A stretch of DNA of 64,000 nt, taken from NCBI GenBank assembly GCA_005883355.1, contig VAXG01000010.1, positions 13,706 through 77,705 on the forward strand, given 5' to 3'. The position numbers were made by a program, and so were the translations under genes. Of this stretch, positions 46,142-55,602 are shown piece after piece; the stretch's first letter is position 1, and each line of letters opens with the position of its first letter. This stretch comes from Actinomycetota bacterium. GTDB lineage: Bacteria > Actinomycetota > Thermoleophilia > Gaiellales > Gaiellaceae. The notes under the pieces are model-generated. The model saw only the letters and a program-made list of their open reading frames with translations, did no database searches and was not told the origin of the DNA.

Positions 46142-46313
46142 AGGCGGCAACCCTGGCGTCGACCCAACCGACATAGCCGCAATCGGGACACCCCGGGTTC
46201 TCTTGAACCGTGCCGCCGCCCGAGGGCTTGGCATAGATCGCCCCGCACTCGAGACACCGCACACTTTCGAGCACGGTCAAGTTCGGCGATTCGCCTCCCG
46301 AATGAGCCTTCAC
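46080..46313 (-). CDS. putative small zinc-ribbon protein
   Basis: 77 aa with a GTG start. CLEC-x17-CPDC. GC3-rich codons. No obvious SD. The 3' 62 nt are antisense to the ggt end. Coding status uncertain. Confidence 0.4.
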   Translation of the reverse strand: MKAHSGGESPNLTVLESVRCLECGAIYAKPSGGGTVQENPGCPDCGYVGWVDARVAAFSESWTPSHFDADRLPHRHG

Positions 46314-46395
46314 GTGGAAGAAGATTCCGCTCTTTGCGGAAACTTGCGTGCTGCCCGTTGCAGGAATTACGACCGCCTAGGCGACTCGGGCGGGC

Positions 46396-47262
46396 TTAGG
46401 CGGGCGGCCGGGCGGCGCGTGTCTGCTCCACGTCGCGGGCGATCTGGGCGACCAGCTCCTCCTCGCTCGAGAACGCTCGCTCCTCGCGCAGCCGCTGCCA
46501 GAGCTCGACGACGAGACGCCGACCGTAGAGATCGCCCTCGAAATCGAGCAGATGCGGTTCGATCCGGCGTTCCCCGCCTCCGTAGTGCGGGTTCACGCCG
46601 ATCGAGATCGCGGCGCGGTGTCCGAGCGCGGAGCCGGCGTAGATCCCGAACGCTGGGACGAGTAGCTCTGGTGGAACCGACAGGTTCGCCGTCGGATAGC
46701 CGAGCGTCCCGCCTCGTTGATCTCCGAGGACGACCGTCCCCTCGAGCTCGGGCGCGCGCCCGAGCAGTCTCGCGGCGGCGACGACGTCCCCCTCGCGGAG
46801 GAGGCCCCGGACCTCCGTCGACGAAACGCCCTCGAGCGTCGGGACGGTCCGCACCTCGAATCCGAGCCGTTCGAGCAGTGCAGCATCGCCGGCTGCCGCG
46901 CGTCCGAAGCGGAAGTTCTCGCCGACGACGATGACCTTGGCACCGATCTGTCGCAGCACGGATTCCGCAAACTCGGCCGGCTCGCGTGCCGCGAGCCCGG
47001 GCGTGAACTCCACCACGAGCACCTCGTCGACACCCGCCTCCTCGAGCAGCTCGATGCGGCGTTCGAGGGTCGAGAGGAGCTCCACCCTGTTTCCGAGCAC
47101 GAGCCGCGGATGCGGCCAGAAGGTAACGACCGTCAGGGGTGGCCCCGCGCTGCGGGCGATCTCCAACACGCGACGGTGACCGCGATGGACGCCGTCGAAG
47201 CTGCCGATCGCCGCGACACATTCGCCGGCTGCGAGCTCCTCCGGATGGTGGGCGACCTTCAC
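46396..47262 (-). CDS. ribF: bifunctional riboflavin kinase / FMN adenylyltransferase
   Basis: GSFDGVHRGH adenylyltransferase motif. C-terminal riboflavin kinase domain (GYPTANL..E.HLLDF). Confidence 0.93.
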   Translation of the reverse strand: MKVAHHPEELAAGECVAAIGSFDGVHRGHRRVLEIARSAGPPLTVVTFWPHPRLVLGNRVELLSTLERRIELLEEAGVDEVLVVEFTPGLAAREPAEFAESVLRQIGAKVIVVGENFRFGRAAAGDAALLERLGFEVRTVPTLEGVSSTEVRGLLREGDVVAAARLLGRAPELEGTVVLGDQRGGTLGYPTANLSVPPELLVPAFGIYAGSALGHRAAISIGVNPHYGGGERRIEPHLLDFEGDLYGRRLVVELWQRLREERAFSSEEELVAQIARDVEQTRAARPPA

Positions 47263-47912
47263 AGCCGCGCGAGTGCCTCGTCCACCGGAATGAAGCGACC
47301 GGCATCCGCTTCGTCGACCGAGAACGGGCCGATCTCGAGTCGACGCAACGTGCGACAGTGGCCACCCAGAGCATCTGCGATCGCCCGGATGTACGTTCCG
47401 GAGCTGACGCGAAGGTCGAGCCGGACCTCCTCGCCGGTATACGCGATGACGTCGAGCGTGTCGACACGCGAGCGTCGTAACGGCATCTCCACCGCTATGC
47501 CGCGACGGGCGAGCTTGTAGGCGCGCTCCCCGCCGATCTTCACGGCCGAAGTGGCCGGGATCGGCAGCTCGATGTCACCGCGGAGGGTCGCGAGCCGCCG
47601 TTCCAACTCTTCTCGAGTCGGCGGCTCCGGACGCTCGGCGACCTCTCCCTCCGGATCTCCGGTCGTGGTCCGCGCCGTGAGGTCGACGTCCGTCACGTAG
47701 CGCTTGTCGAGCCCGACGAAGCATGAAGCCAGCTTAGTTGCCGATCCGGACAACAAGAGTAACAATCCAGTCGCAAAAGGGTCGAGAGTTCCGGCATGCC
47801 CGGTGCGTGCGCCGGTTCGACGGCGCAGATCGGAGACAAGCGCAAAGGACGATGGCCCAGCCGGCTTGTCCACGAGGACGATCCCGGCGGGATTAAGCGC
47901 GCGAGGAGGCAA
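47259..47912 (-). CDS. truB: tRNA pseudouridine(55) synthase (short, no obvious PUA domain)
   Basis: VDKPAGPSS and the catalytic-Asp motif GHAGTLDPFATG. Only 217 aa. Confidence 0.88.
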   Translation of the reverse strand: MPPRALNPAGIVLVDKPAGPSSFALVSDLRRRTGARTGHAGTLDPFATGLLLLLSGSATKLASCFVGLDKRYVTDVDLTARTTTGDPEGEVAERPEPPTREELERRLATLRGDIELPIPATSAVKIGGERAYKLARRGIAVEMPLRRSRVDTLDVIAYTGEEVRLDLRVSSGTYIRAIADALGGHCRTLRRLEIGPFSVDEADAGRFIPVDEALARL

Positions 47913-48891
47913 GGAACTCCCGGCGCACGAAGTCCGTGATCTCCTCGATCGACGCCTCGCTGGAGAACCCCGCGGCCTGACGGTGCCCGCCGCCGTCCGA
48001 CTTACGAGCGATCGCAGAGACGTCGAGCTCGTCGATGCTCGCTCTCAGGCTGACGCGTCTGGCCGGGCCGTCCTCGCGTGGCGGTTCGCGGATGAGAACG
48101 GCCATATCGGCGCCCTCGACTGCACGCAGGAAGTCGATGATCCCCTCGGAGTACGGCTCCGGGGCACCGACTTCGGCGAAGTCGGTGCGCAGAAGATAGG
48201 AGACGACGATGCGCCCGCCTTCGAAGACCTGCGCCCGCTCGAGAGCGCGCGCGAGCAGCTTGAGCTTCGCGAACTGCACCGATTCGTAGACGCCCTGGAA
48301 CACGCGGTGGACATCCGCCCCCGCCTCCACCAACTCGGCGGCCAGGCGCAGCGCCTTGGGCGTCGTGTTCGTGTACTGAAACCGCCCGGTATCGGTGACC
48401 AGCGCGATGTAGAGCGACTCGGCGATGTCCGGCGTCAGCTCGACGCCGAGCTCGCGGAAGAGATCGCGCAGCACCTCGCCCGTCGATGAGGCATCGGCGA
48501 CGATCAGGTTGATCCGCCCGAACCTCGTGTTGTCGTGGTGATGATCGACATTGATGGAGAGCGGGACGCGCCCGAGCACCTCCGGGTCGGCGATCCGGCT
48601 CTCGTTCGCGCAGTCGACGGCAAGGAGGACACGCTCCGCGACGTCGTCCGGCCAGCGCCGCTGGAGCTCACCGAGCGGCATGAACCCGTACTCCGCCGGC
48701 AGCGGTGCGTCGCCGTGCAGCACCATCACCGTGTCCTTGCCGAGCTGCTCGAGCGCGAGCTCTGCCGCCAGCAGCGAGCCGAGAGCGTCTCCGTCGGGAT
48801 TCTCGTGGGTCGTGAGGACGAACCGGTCGTGTTCGCGAATTGCGTCCGCGACCGCTGCCAGTTCACTCGCTGTCGTCTGGGGCGAGCTCAT
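47893..48891 (-). CDS. nrnA: DHH-family phosphoesterase, NrnA-type oligoribonuclease / pAp phosphatase
   Basis: DHH motifs (HENPDGDALGS, NVDHHHDN) and DHHA1 GGGHRQAAG. Confidence 0.88.
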   Translation of the reverse strand: MSSPQTTASELAAVADAIREHDRFVLTTHENPDGDALGSLLAAELALEQLGKDTVMVLHGDAPLPAEYGFMPLGELQRRWPDDVAERVLLAVDCANESRIADPEVLGRVPLSINVDHHHDNTRFGRINLIVADASSTGEVLRDLFRELGVELTPDIAESLYIALVTDTGRFQYTNTTPKALRLAAELVEAGADVHRVFQGVYESVQFAKLKLLARALERAQVFEGGRIVVSYLLRTDFAEVGAPEPYSEGIIDFLRAVEGADMAVLIREPPREDGPARRVSLRASIDELDVSAIARKSDGGGHRQAAGFSSEASIEEITDFVRREFLASSRA

Positions 48892-49210
48892 CGATCAGCT
48901 TTGTCATGCGGACCCCACGTTCGACCGACGGATCGTACTCGAAGGCCAATTGGGGAGTGCGTTTCATGCGCAACTCGCGTGCAAGCTGGGTCTGGAGCAA
49001 CGAATGGGCTGCCTGCAGGCGATCGATCGTCTGAACCCGCTTTCGCTCCGCGCCGAGGACCGACACGTAGACCCGTGCGTGCCGAAGGTCGGGCGAGGTA
49101 TCCACCCCCGTGATCGTGACGAAGCCGATGCGTGGGTCTTTCAGCTGCCCGATCGCCTCCGACAGGACTTGGCGAACCGACTCGTTGACGCGGCGCATTC
49201 GATCGGTCAT
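48863..49210 (-). CDS. rbfA: ribosome-binding factor A
   Basis: 115 aa. RVNESVRQVLSEAI..DPRIGFVTITGVDTSPDLRHARVYVS. Confidence 0.93.
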   Translation of the reverse strand: MTDRMRRVNESVRQVLSEAIGQLKDPRIGFVTITGVDTSPDLRHARVYVSVLGAERKRVQTIDRLQAAHSLLQTQLARELRMKRTPQLAFEYDPSVERGVRMTKLIDELAPDDSE

Positions 49211-49227
49211 AGGGGATATTCAAGCGC

Positions 49228-49974
49228 TTGCACGCTCTCGTCCTCGTCCTCGTCGGGCTCTGGTGCTTCGCGACCGCGTTGATGGGCGGTCTCGTGGGCC
49301 TCGTCCTCGGGAACATCCGACTCCCCGTGCTCGTCGTAGCGGCCTCGAGCCCGGCGGCGGGGGCCGGCGCGAACATCGGTGTCTCGGCGATTGCGGCGCT
49401 CGCAGCGGCGGTCGCCCACATTCGGGCCGGCCGGATCGACTGGCGGCTGTTTGCGTGGATGGCCCCACCGTCGATGGTCGGCGCCGTGATCGGAGGCCTC
49501 CTGTCGGGTGTGGTGCCCGGTAACGCACTGCTGATCGTTATCGGCCTCACCCTTCTCGTCTTCGGGATCGACCTCCTCCGCCCGCAGCGGAGCGAACAGC
49601 GGACCGCCTCGGACCGAGTCAGCGTGCGGGCGGCGATCTGGACGGGGGCGGTGATCGGACTGCTCGGCGGCTTCGTCGGCCTCATCCTCGGTGCCTTGAG
49701 GCTCCCGGCGCTCCTGCGCTTCGGGGCGGACCCGTTTCGCGCCGTGGGCACCAACGCGGCCGTCGGCTTCTTCCTCGGTATCGCGGGCGTCTTCGGCCAC
49801 CTACCGAACGGTGTGGATTGGTCGCTACTCGCCGTAGGCGCTGCGACGTCGGTACCGGGTGCGATTCTCGGCGCCAGGTTCACCGGAAGCCTGGACGAGC
49901 GACAGCTGCTCCGCGCCGTCGGGCTCGTCCTGATCGTGGCCGGTGCCGCCACGATCGTGCAGGGCATCGTCTAG
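49228..49974 (+). CDS. TauE/SafE family sulfite/anion exporter-like membrane protein
   Basis: TTG start. 248 aa with about 8 hydrophobic helices and an internal duplication typical of TauE/SafE. Confidence 0.75.
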   Translation: MHALVLVLVGLWCFATALMGGLVGLVLGNIRLPVLVVAASSPAAGAGANIGVSAIAALAAAVAHIRAGRIDWRLFAWMAPPSMVGAVIGGLLSGVVPGNALLIVIGLTLLVFGIDLLRPQRSEQRTASDRVSVRAAIWTGAVIGLLGGFVGLILGALRLPALLRFGADPFRAVGTNAAVGFFLGIAGVFGHLPNGVDWSLLAVGAATSVPGAILGARFTGSLDERQLLRAVGLVLIVAGAATIVQGIV

Positions 49975-50267
49975 CCGAGGGTCACCACGTCGCGGTCAGC
50001 GCGAACGAGCTCGAAGTCCTGCCCACCCAGGTAACGCTCGGCCTCGTCGAGAAGCTTCTCCGCCTCGCGATACTCCCTCGCGACGCAGGAGACTGTGAGC
50101 CGTGCCCGCTGCCACAGCTCGTGGTGATCGACCTCCGCAACCGAGGCCCCGAAGCGATTCTGCAGCTGAGCCTTCGCGGACTTGACGTATTTCCGCTTTC
50201 CCTTCAGGGAGCCGGCCTCCGGAAAATGCAGCTCGACGCTCAGGATGCCGACGTAGCCCGCGCCCAT
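49971..50267 (-). CDS. DUF503 family protein
   Basis: Start set to ATG 50267 (MGAGYVGILSVELHFPEAGSLKGKRKYV). Usual position just downstream of infB. Confidence 0.8.
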   Translation of the reverse strand: MGAGYVGILSVELHFPEAGSLKGKRKYVKSAKAQLQNRFGASVAEVDHHELWQRARLTVSCVAREYREAEKLLDEAERYLGGQDFELVRADRDVVTLG

Positions 50268-50284
50268 GTCCGGGCTCTGATCGG

Positions 50285-52270
50285 CTAAGACGTCGACGCT
50301 GTGGCAGCCGGCGGCTGGTCGAGCGTCGTCCGCTCGATCTCGCGGGTCTCGAACGCCTCGATGATGTCGCCCTCTTTGACGTCGTTGAAGCCGTCGAGGA
50401 GGATTCCGCACTCGAAGCCTTCGGCGACCTCGCGCGCGTCATCCTTGAACCGTTTGAGCTGAGAGATCGTCGTCTCGATGATGACCGTGCCGTCGCGAAT
50501 GACGCGCGCCTGCGCGGAACGGCGGATGACCCCGCTCGTGACCATGCAGCCTGCAATCGTTCCGAGACGCGAGACCTTGAAGAGCGCACGCACCTCGGCT
50601 TCGCCGAGCGTCTCCTCCTTCTCCACCGGCTTCAGCATTCCGACGAGCGCCTGCTCGATGTCCTCGGTCAGCTGGTAGATGACGCGGTACGTGCGGATCT
50701 CGACGCCTTCGCGCTCGGCGAGCGCGCGGGCTTCCGCATTCGGCCGCACGTTGAACCCGACCACCGTCGCACCGGAAGCCGAGGCAAGCATGATGTCGCC
50801 CTCGGTAATGCCGCCGACGCCTTGGTGGATGACGTTCACGCGCACCTCCGGGTGCTGGATCTTGCCGAGCTCGGAGACGGCCGCCTCGACAGAACCGACC
50901 ACGTCGCCCTTGAGGACGAGGTTGAGATCCTGGACCGCACCCGCCTCGATCTGCTCGAAGAGGCTCTCCATCGAAACGCCTCTCGACCCCTGCGCAAGCT
51001 GCTCACGGCGTAGCCGCTCGCCGCGCGCGTTTGCAAGTTCTCGCGCCCGCGCCTCTTTCTCCACCACACGCCCGAGCTCCCCGGCGGGCGGCGGCTTGTT
51101 GAAGCCGAGGATCTCGACCGGATCGCCCGGGCGGGCTTCCTTCACCTTGTCGCCGCGGAAGTTGTAGAGCGCACGCACCTTTCCCCAGGCGTCGCCGGCG
51201 ACGATCGCGTCTCCGACGCGGAGCGTGCCGCGGTGGATGAGCATCGTCGCCACCGGACCGCGACCGACGTCGAGGCGCGACTCGATGATCGGGCCGGAGG
51301 CCTCGGCGGTGGGGTTCGCGGTCAGCTCCAGCTCGGCGTCCGCGACCAGCAAGACCTTCTCGAGGAGGTCATCGAGGTTCTGCGCCTCCCTGGCCGAGAC
51401 GTCCGAGAACTGCGTCGTCCCTCCCCACTCCTCCGGCTGCAGGCCCTCACCCGACAGCTCGCTGCGCACGCGGTTCGGATCGGCGTCCGGGACGTCGATC
51501 TTGTTGACCGCGACGACGATTGGCACGTCGGCTGCGCGCGCGTGGGAGATCGACTCCTTCGTCTGCGGCATCACGCCGTCGTCCGCTGCAACCACGAGCA
51601 CGGCGATGTCCGTGACTTTCGCGCCTCGGGCGCGCATCGCGGTAAAGGCCTCGTGACCCGGCGTGTCGAGAAACGTGATCCTCCGGCCGTTGTGCTCCGC
51701 CTGGTAGGCGCCGATGTGCTGCGTGATCCCGCCGGCTTCCGTCGTAACGACCGACGTCTTGCGAATCGCGTCGAGGAGCGTGGTCTTGCCGTGGTCGACG
51801 TGGCCCATGATCGTGACCACGGGAGGCCGCGGCGCGAGATCCGCGTCGCTGTCCTCGTAACTCTCCGGCTCCTCGTCCTCGTCCGCTGCGTGTCTGATCG
51901 TGAACTCGCGCTCGGGCGCCAGTTCGGCGGCGATCAGCTGAACCTCGTCGTCGGCCAAGGTCTGCGTGATCGTCACGGCCTTGCCGAGACCCATCATGAA
52001 CATGATGATCTTGGGGGCGGGTACGCCCAGGGCCTGTGAGAGGTCGCGGACCGTGACGCCCGACGGCACCGTTATCGGCCCTGTCGGGGCGACCACCTCG
52101 CGTGGCGTCTTCGGCCGTGAGGCCTCGCGCTCGCGCTGCTGTTGGCGAGCGTCGCGTGGGCGCGCGGCCGCGTTGTCGATCACGACGCGGCGCTTGCGTC
52201 GCTGGCCTGCACCGCCCTGGCGGGGCCGCATGGGCCGATTGGGCCTATTTGAGCCTGATTCGTTTGCCAT
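50285..52270 (-). CDS. infB: translation initiation factor IF-2
   Basis: Basic N-terminus. GTPase domain [21 protein letters not shown] and NKID. C-terminal IF-2 domains. Confidence 0.97.
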   Translation of the reverse strand: MANESGSNRPNRPMRPRQGGAGQRRKRRVVIDNAAARPRDARQQQREREASRPKTPREVVAPTGPITVPSGVTVRDLSQALGVPAPKIIMFMMGLGKAVTITQTLADDEVQLIAAELAPEREFTIRHAADEDEEPESYEDSDADLAPRPPVVTIMGHVDHGKTTLLDAIRKTSVVTTEAGGITQHIGAYQAEHNGRRITFLDTPGHEAFTAMRARGAKVTDIAVLVVAADDGVMPQTKESISHARAADVPIVVAVNKIDVPDADPNRVRSELSGEGLQPEEWGGTTQFSDVSAREAQNLDDLLEKVLLVADAELELTANPTAEASGPIIESRLDVGRGPVATMLIHRGTLRVGDAIVAGDAWGKVRALYNFRGDKVKEARPGDPVEILGFNKPPPAGELGRVVEKEARARELANARGERLRREQLAQGSRGVSMESLFEQIEAGAVQDLNLVLKGDVVGSVEAAVSELGKIQHPEVRVNVIHQGVGGITEGDIMLASASGATVVGFNVRPNAEARALAEREGVEIRTYRVIYQLTEDIEQALVGMLKPVEKEETLGEAEVRALFKVSRLGTIAGCMVTSGVIRRSAQARVIRDGTVIIETTISQLKRFKDDAREVAEGFECGILLDGFNDVKEGDIIEAFETREIERTTLDQPPAATASTS

Positions 52271-52277
52271 CAGATGG

Positions 52278-52514
52278 TCAAGTGTAGAGGGATGAGAGTT
52301 TCTGATCGATCCGGACGGTTCTTCGCAGCGTTCGGTTGAACGCGCGCCGCGATACCGCGCGCTCGAAGCACGCGAGCCGGCGACACGTGTAGGCCCCCCG
52401 GCCTGGAATCCCCGTCCCCGGCACGAGCTGCCCGCCCGCCGCCGCGAAGCGCAGAAGCTCCCCTTGAGGAGCCTTCCGCCCGCAGCCGATGCAGCTTCTG
52501 ATCGGCTCGGTCAC
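52278..52514 (-). CDS. ylxR: YlxR/DUF448 family RNA-binding protein
   Basis: 78 aa. RSCIGCGRK..GRGAYTC motif. Lies between nusA and infB. Confidence 0.88.
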   Translation of the reverse strand: MTEPIRSCIGCGRKAPQGELLRFAAAGGQLVPGTGIPGRGAYTCRRLACFERAVSRRAFNRTLRRTVRIDQKLSSLYT

Positions 52515-54010
52515 GCAGCCGGCGGATGCTCCTCGGCGTCGCCTTCGGCGGACGTCTGATCGACCGGGATCCCGGCGGGAACCTGCTCGGCGTCCGCGAG
52601 TTGGGGAACCGAGTCGGGCTCGACTGCTTCAACCTCCGGTGCGTCTTCGTCGCCAACTTCGACGACCTCGTTCTCGACCTCGGCCACGATGACGGCTTCC
52701 TCGGCTTCGGTCACCGCCGGGGCCTCAGCCGGCTCCGAGCCGTTTCCGTCTTGGAGCGCGAGCGCCTGATGCGCGGGTAGCCCACAGTAACGCGATCCCG
52801 GCAGGGCTTCGTTGGGGCAACGCTTGCCGTTCGAGAGCACCGCCGAGCAACGGCCGGTGAACTCTTCGCCTTCGTTGCCTCCGCCGTACGCCGCGGCTGC
52901 TTCGGCCTGGGCGAACTCGGTGTCGGACTGGATGTCGACTTTCCATCCGGTCAGGCGCGCAGCCAGGCGCGCGTTGAGGCCTTCTTTGCCGATTGCAAGG
53001 GCGAGCTGGTCATCGGGAACGATGACTGTCGCTTCTTTCGTCTCGTCGTCGACGAAGACCTCGCGCACCCGTGCAGGCGAGAGCGCCTTCGCGACGAATC
53101 GCGCCGGCTCCGGGTTCCACGGGATGATGTCGATCTTTTCGCCGCGAAGCTCCGAGACGACCATGCGCACGCGAGAGCCTCGCGGGCCGACACAGGCGCC
53201 GACCGGGTCGACGCCCTGGGCGTGCGACTCGACGGCGATCTTCGACCGGTACCCGGGCTCGCGGGCGACACCGCGGATCTCGACGAGCCCGTCTGCGATC
53301 TCGGGCACTTCCAGCTCGAAGAGGGTCTTGATCAGCTCGGGATCGCGTCGCGACAGGATCACCTGCGGTCCCTTCGTGCCGGACCGGACCTCCGTGATGA
53401 CAGCCTTGATCCGCGAGCCCTGTTCGTAACGCTCCCCGTCGACCTGCTCCGAGCGCGGTAGTAGCGCTTCGACCTTCCCGAGGTCGACGAGCACGTTGTT
53501 GCGGTCGCCGGCCTGTTGGACGATTCCGGTCACGACCTCGGTGACGCGGTCGACGTACTCGTCGTACATCATCGCGCGCTCGGCCTCGCGGATGCGTTGC
53601 AGAATCACCTGCTTCGCAGTCTGCGCCGCGATGCGTCCGAAGTTCGCGGGAGTGACGTCCTCACGCTTGATCAGGTGCTCGGGGACGTCGGACCAGTCGA
53701 CGTCGAGGTCGTCGTCCGAGATGAGCGTGTGCGAGCGTTCTCCCGTCTCGACCTCGAGCGCCTCGAGCTCCTCGAGCTTGCGCTCGCGCGCTTCCTCGAT
53801 CAGGCGCTCCTCGATGTCGGAAGGCAATTCCACCGCGAAGACGCGGAAATCACCCTGCTCGTCGATTTCGACGATCGCATGGCGCGCGGCTCCGGGCATC
53901 TTCTTGTACGCGGCGAGTAGGGCGTCTTCGAGCGCCGCGACGAGCGTGCCGCTCTCGATTCCCTTCTCCCGCTCGATGTCTCGAACGGCCTCGACGATTT
54001 CCTGACTCAT
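52511..54010 (-). CDS. nusA: transcription termination/antitermination factor NusA with a ~135-aa C-terminal extension
   Basis: N-terminal domain, S1 and two KH domains (..GACVGPRGSRV.., ..AIGKEGLNARLAARLTGWKVDI..). Then GRCSAVLSNGKRCPNEALPGSRYCGLPAH and an acidic tail. Confidence 0.93.
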   Translation of the reverse strand: MSQEIVEAVRDIEREKGIESGTLVAALEDALLAAYKKMPGAARHAIVEIDEQGDFRVFAVELPSDIEERLIEEARERKLEELEALEVETGERSHTLISDDDLDVDWSDVPEHLIKREDVTPANFGRIAAQTAKQVILQRIREAERAMMYDEYVDRVTEVVTGIVQQAGDRNNVLVDLGKVEALLPRSEQVDGERYEQGSRIKAVITEVRSGTKGPQVILSRRDPELIKTLFELEVPEIADGLVEIRGVAREPGYRSKIAVESHAQGVDPVGACVGPRGSRVRMVVSELRGEKIDIIPWNPEPARFVAKALSPARVREVFVDDETKEATVIVPDDQLALAIGKEGLNARLAARLTGWKVDIQSDTEFAQAEAAAAYGGGNEGEEFTGRCSAVLSNGKRCPNEALPGSRYCGLPAHQALALQDGNGSEPAEAPAVTEAEEAVIVAEVENEVVEVGDEDAPEVEAVEPDSVPQLADAEQVPAGIPVDQTSAEGDAEEHPPAA

Positions 54011-54444
54011 CTCTTCCCCGCTTCCTCGATCAGATTGCCCCGCACGATCGCGTCATACGGGATGTCCACGGACTCGGCTTCGGTCTTCACGGTCACAGTG
54101 CGCTCGTCCGCTGCGACGACTTCGCCGCGCACTCGGTTTCGCTCCTGGGTGCGTAGGGCCACGCGGCGACCAACGGCGGCGCGGAAATGGGCAGGCGTGC
54201 GGATGGGCCGCTCGAGACCCGGCGACGAGACGTCGACCGAGTACTGGCGGAGGTAGTCGCGCAGGACGTTCGTGACGCGTTCGCAGAGCGCATGGTCGAC
54301 GCCCTGCACGTGATCCACGTACACCGTGAATCGCTCAGGGCTCGTGAGCTCGACTGCTAGCACCTCCGTGCCCGGAAGCGCGCTCTCGACCTTCGGTGCA
54401 ATCTCCCGCGTCAGTTGCCTCTCCTTGTCATGTGTCGCTGCCAT
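54007..54444 (-). CDS. rimP: ribosome maturation factor RimP
   Basis: Start set to ATG 54444, with AGGAG upstream. ..VDVSSPGLERPIRT.. motif. Stop overlaps the nusA start. Confidence 0.88.
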   Translation of the reverse strand: MAATHDKERQLTREIAPKVESALPGTEVLAVELTSPERFTVYVDHVQGVDHALCERVTNVLRDYLRQYSVDVSSPGLERPIRTPAHFRAAVGRRVALRTQERNRVRGEVVAADERTVTVKTEAESVDIPYDAIVRGNLIEEAGKR

Positions 54445-54462
54445 TGGCCTTGCTCCTGTCAC

Positions 54463-54485
54463 AAAAAATGGGCCCGCAGGCCCAC
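54463..54485 (-). terminator. intrinsic terminator-like hairpin with a U6 tract immediately 5' of the rimP RBS
   Basis: On the minus strand: GUGGGCC-UGCG-GGCCCAU followed by U-rich UUUUUG (54485-54463). The structure ends 18 nt before the rimP ATG. Confidence 0.55.
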
Positions 54486-54599
54486 TTCGCGAACAGCTCG
54501 AAATGTGGTGTATGCAGAATAGCAAGCTAATCAGGCTCGAGGGCGCCGATTTTTGGCCTGGATGCACGGGAAACGGTTCTCCAGGCTGCTCCCGGGCGG

Positions 54600-55034
54600 T
54601 CAGTCGAGGACGATGGTCACTGGCCCGTCGTTCACGAGCGCGACTGCCATGCGAGCCCCGAAGACGCCGGTTTCGACCGGCGGGCCTTCCGCGGCGAGGG
54701 CCGTGCAGAACGCCTCGTAGAGAGGCTCCGCCTGCTCGGGCGGCGCGGCGTTCGTGAAGCTCGGGCGGTTGCCCTTGCGGGTCTCGGCGACGAGCGTGAA
54801 CTGGCTCACGACGAGAGCGGATCCCGCCGTGTCGAGCAGGCTGCGGGCGAACCTGCCCCGCTCGTCCTCGAAGATCCGCAGCTGCGCCACCTTCCGCGCG
54901 AGCTGCGCGGCGTCGCGGGATTCGTCGTCGCGCTCGATCCCGAGCAGGACGACCAACCCCGCGCCGATCTCGCCGGTCACCTCACCGTCGACCGTGACTC
55001 GGGCCTCGGATACCCGCTGACAGACCGCCCGCAT
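54600..55034 (-). CDS. dtd: D-aminoacyl-tRNA deacylase
   Basis: 144 aa. VSQFTL and NDGPVT motifs. Confidence 0.93.
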   Translation of the reverse strand: MRAVCQRVSEARVTVDGEVTGEIGAGLVVLLGIERDDESRDAAQLARKVAQLRIFEDERGRFARSLLDTAGSALVVSQFTLVAETRKGNRPSFTNAAPPEQAEPLYEAFCTALAAEGPPVETGVFGARMAVALVNDGPVTIVLD

Positions 55035-55194
55035 CGGGCGCCCATCATCTCAGTCCGCGCGCCGCTCCTTCACGTTCTTTCAGGTAGACGCGCGCGCGTC
55101 CCCACCCGGGTGGGGATGTTACCCACCGCCCACTGCGTTCGAGGCTACCGGCGAATTGCGCGCGCGTCAGTCACGAGACCGCGCCGGATGTAGG

Positions 55195-55602
55195 TCAGTT
55201 GTGCGAAGCGTCCTGTTCGGCCTCGGCGGAGTCGTCCGGGTCGTCGTCGTCCCGATCGAGGTCGAGGATGCGCGACGCGTAATGCTCGTTCTGAGGTCGT
55301 AGGGAGCTGGCCAGCTTGTAATGGCCGTTCGCCTCCAACTGCTTCCCCTGCTTCTCCAGTGCACGCCCCAGCGCGTAGTGGGCATAGTGGTCGGCCGGCG
55401 AAAGGTCGAGCATGACCCGGAACTCCTGCTCGGCTTCTTCGTAGCGCTGAAGCCGCAGGTACGCGATTCCGAGAGCCTCGCGGATCGACGCTTTCTCGGG
55501 CTCCCGCCGCTTCGCCTTCTCGAGGGCGACGGTCGCCTGAGCTGCCCGCCCCCTTTGCAGGTGGCTCCGTCCTTGCTGGTAGAGGTCGTAAGTCTCGCTC
55601 AT
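55195..55602 (-). CDS. tetratricopeptide-repeat protein
   Basis: 135 aa. Three TPR-like repeats (..ALEKAKRREPEKASIREALGIAYLRLQRYEEA..) and an acidic C-terminal tail. Confidence 0.75.
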   Translation of the reverse strand: MSETYDLYQQGRSHLQRGRAAQATVALEKAKRREPEKASIREALGIAYLRLQRYEEAEQEFRVMLDLSPADHYAHYALGRALEKQGKQLEANGHYKLASSLRPQNEHYASRILDLDRDDDDPDDSAEAEQDASHN

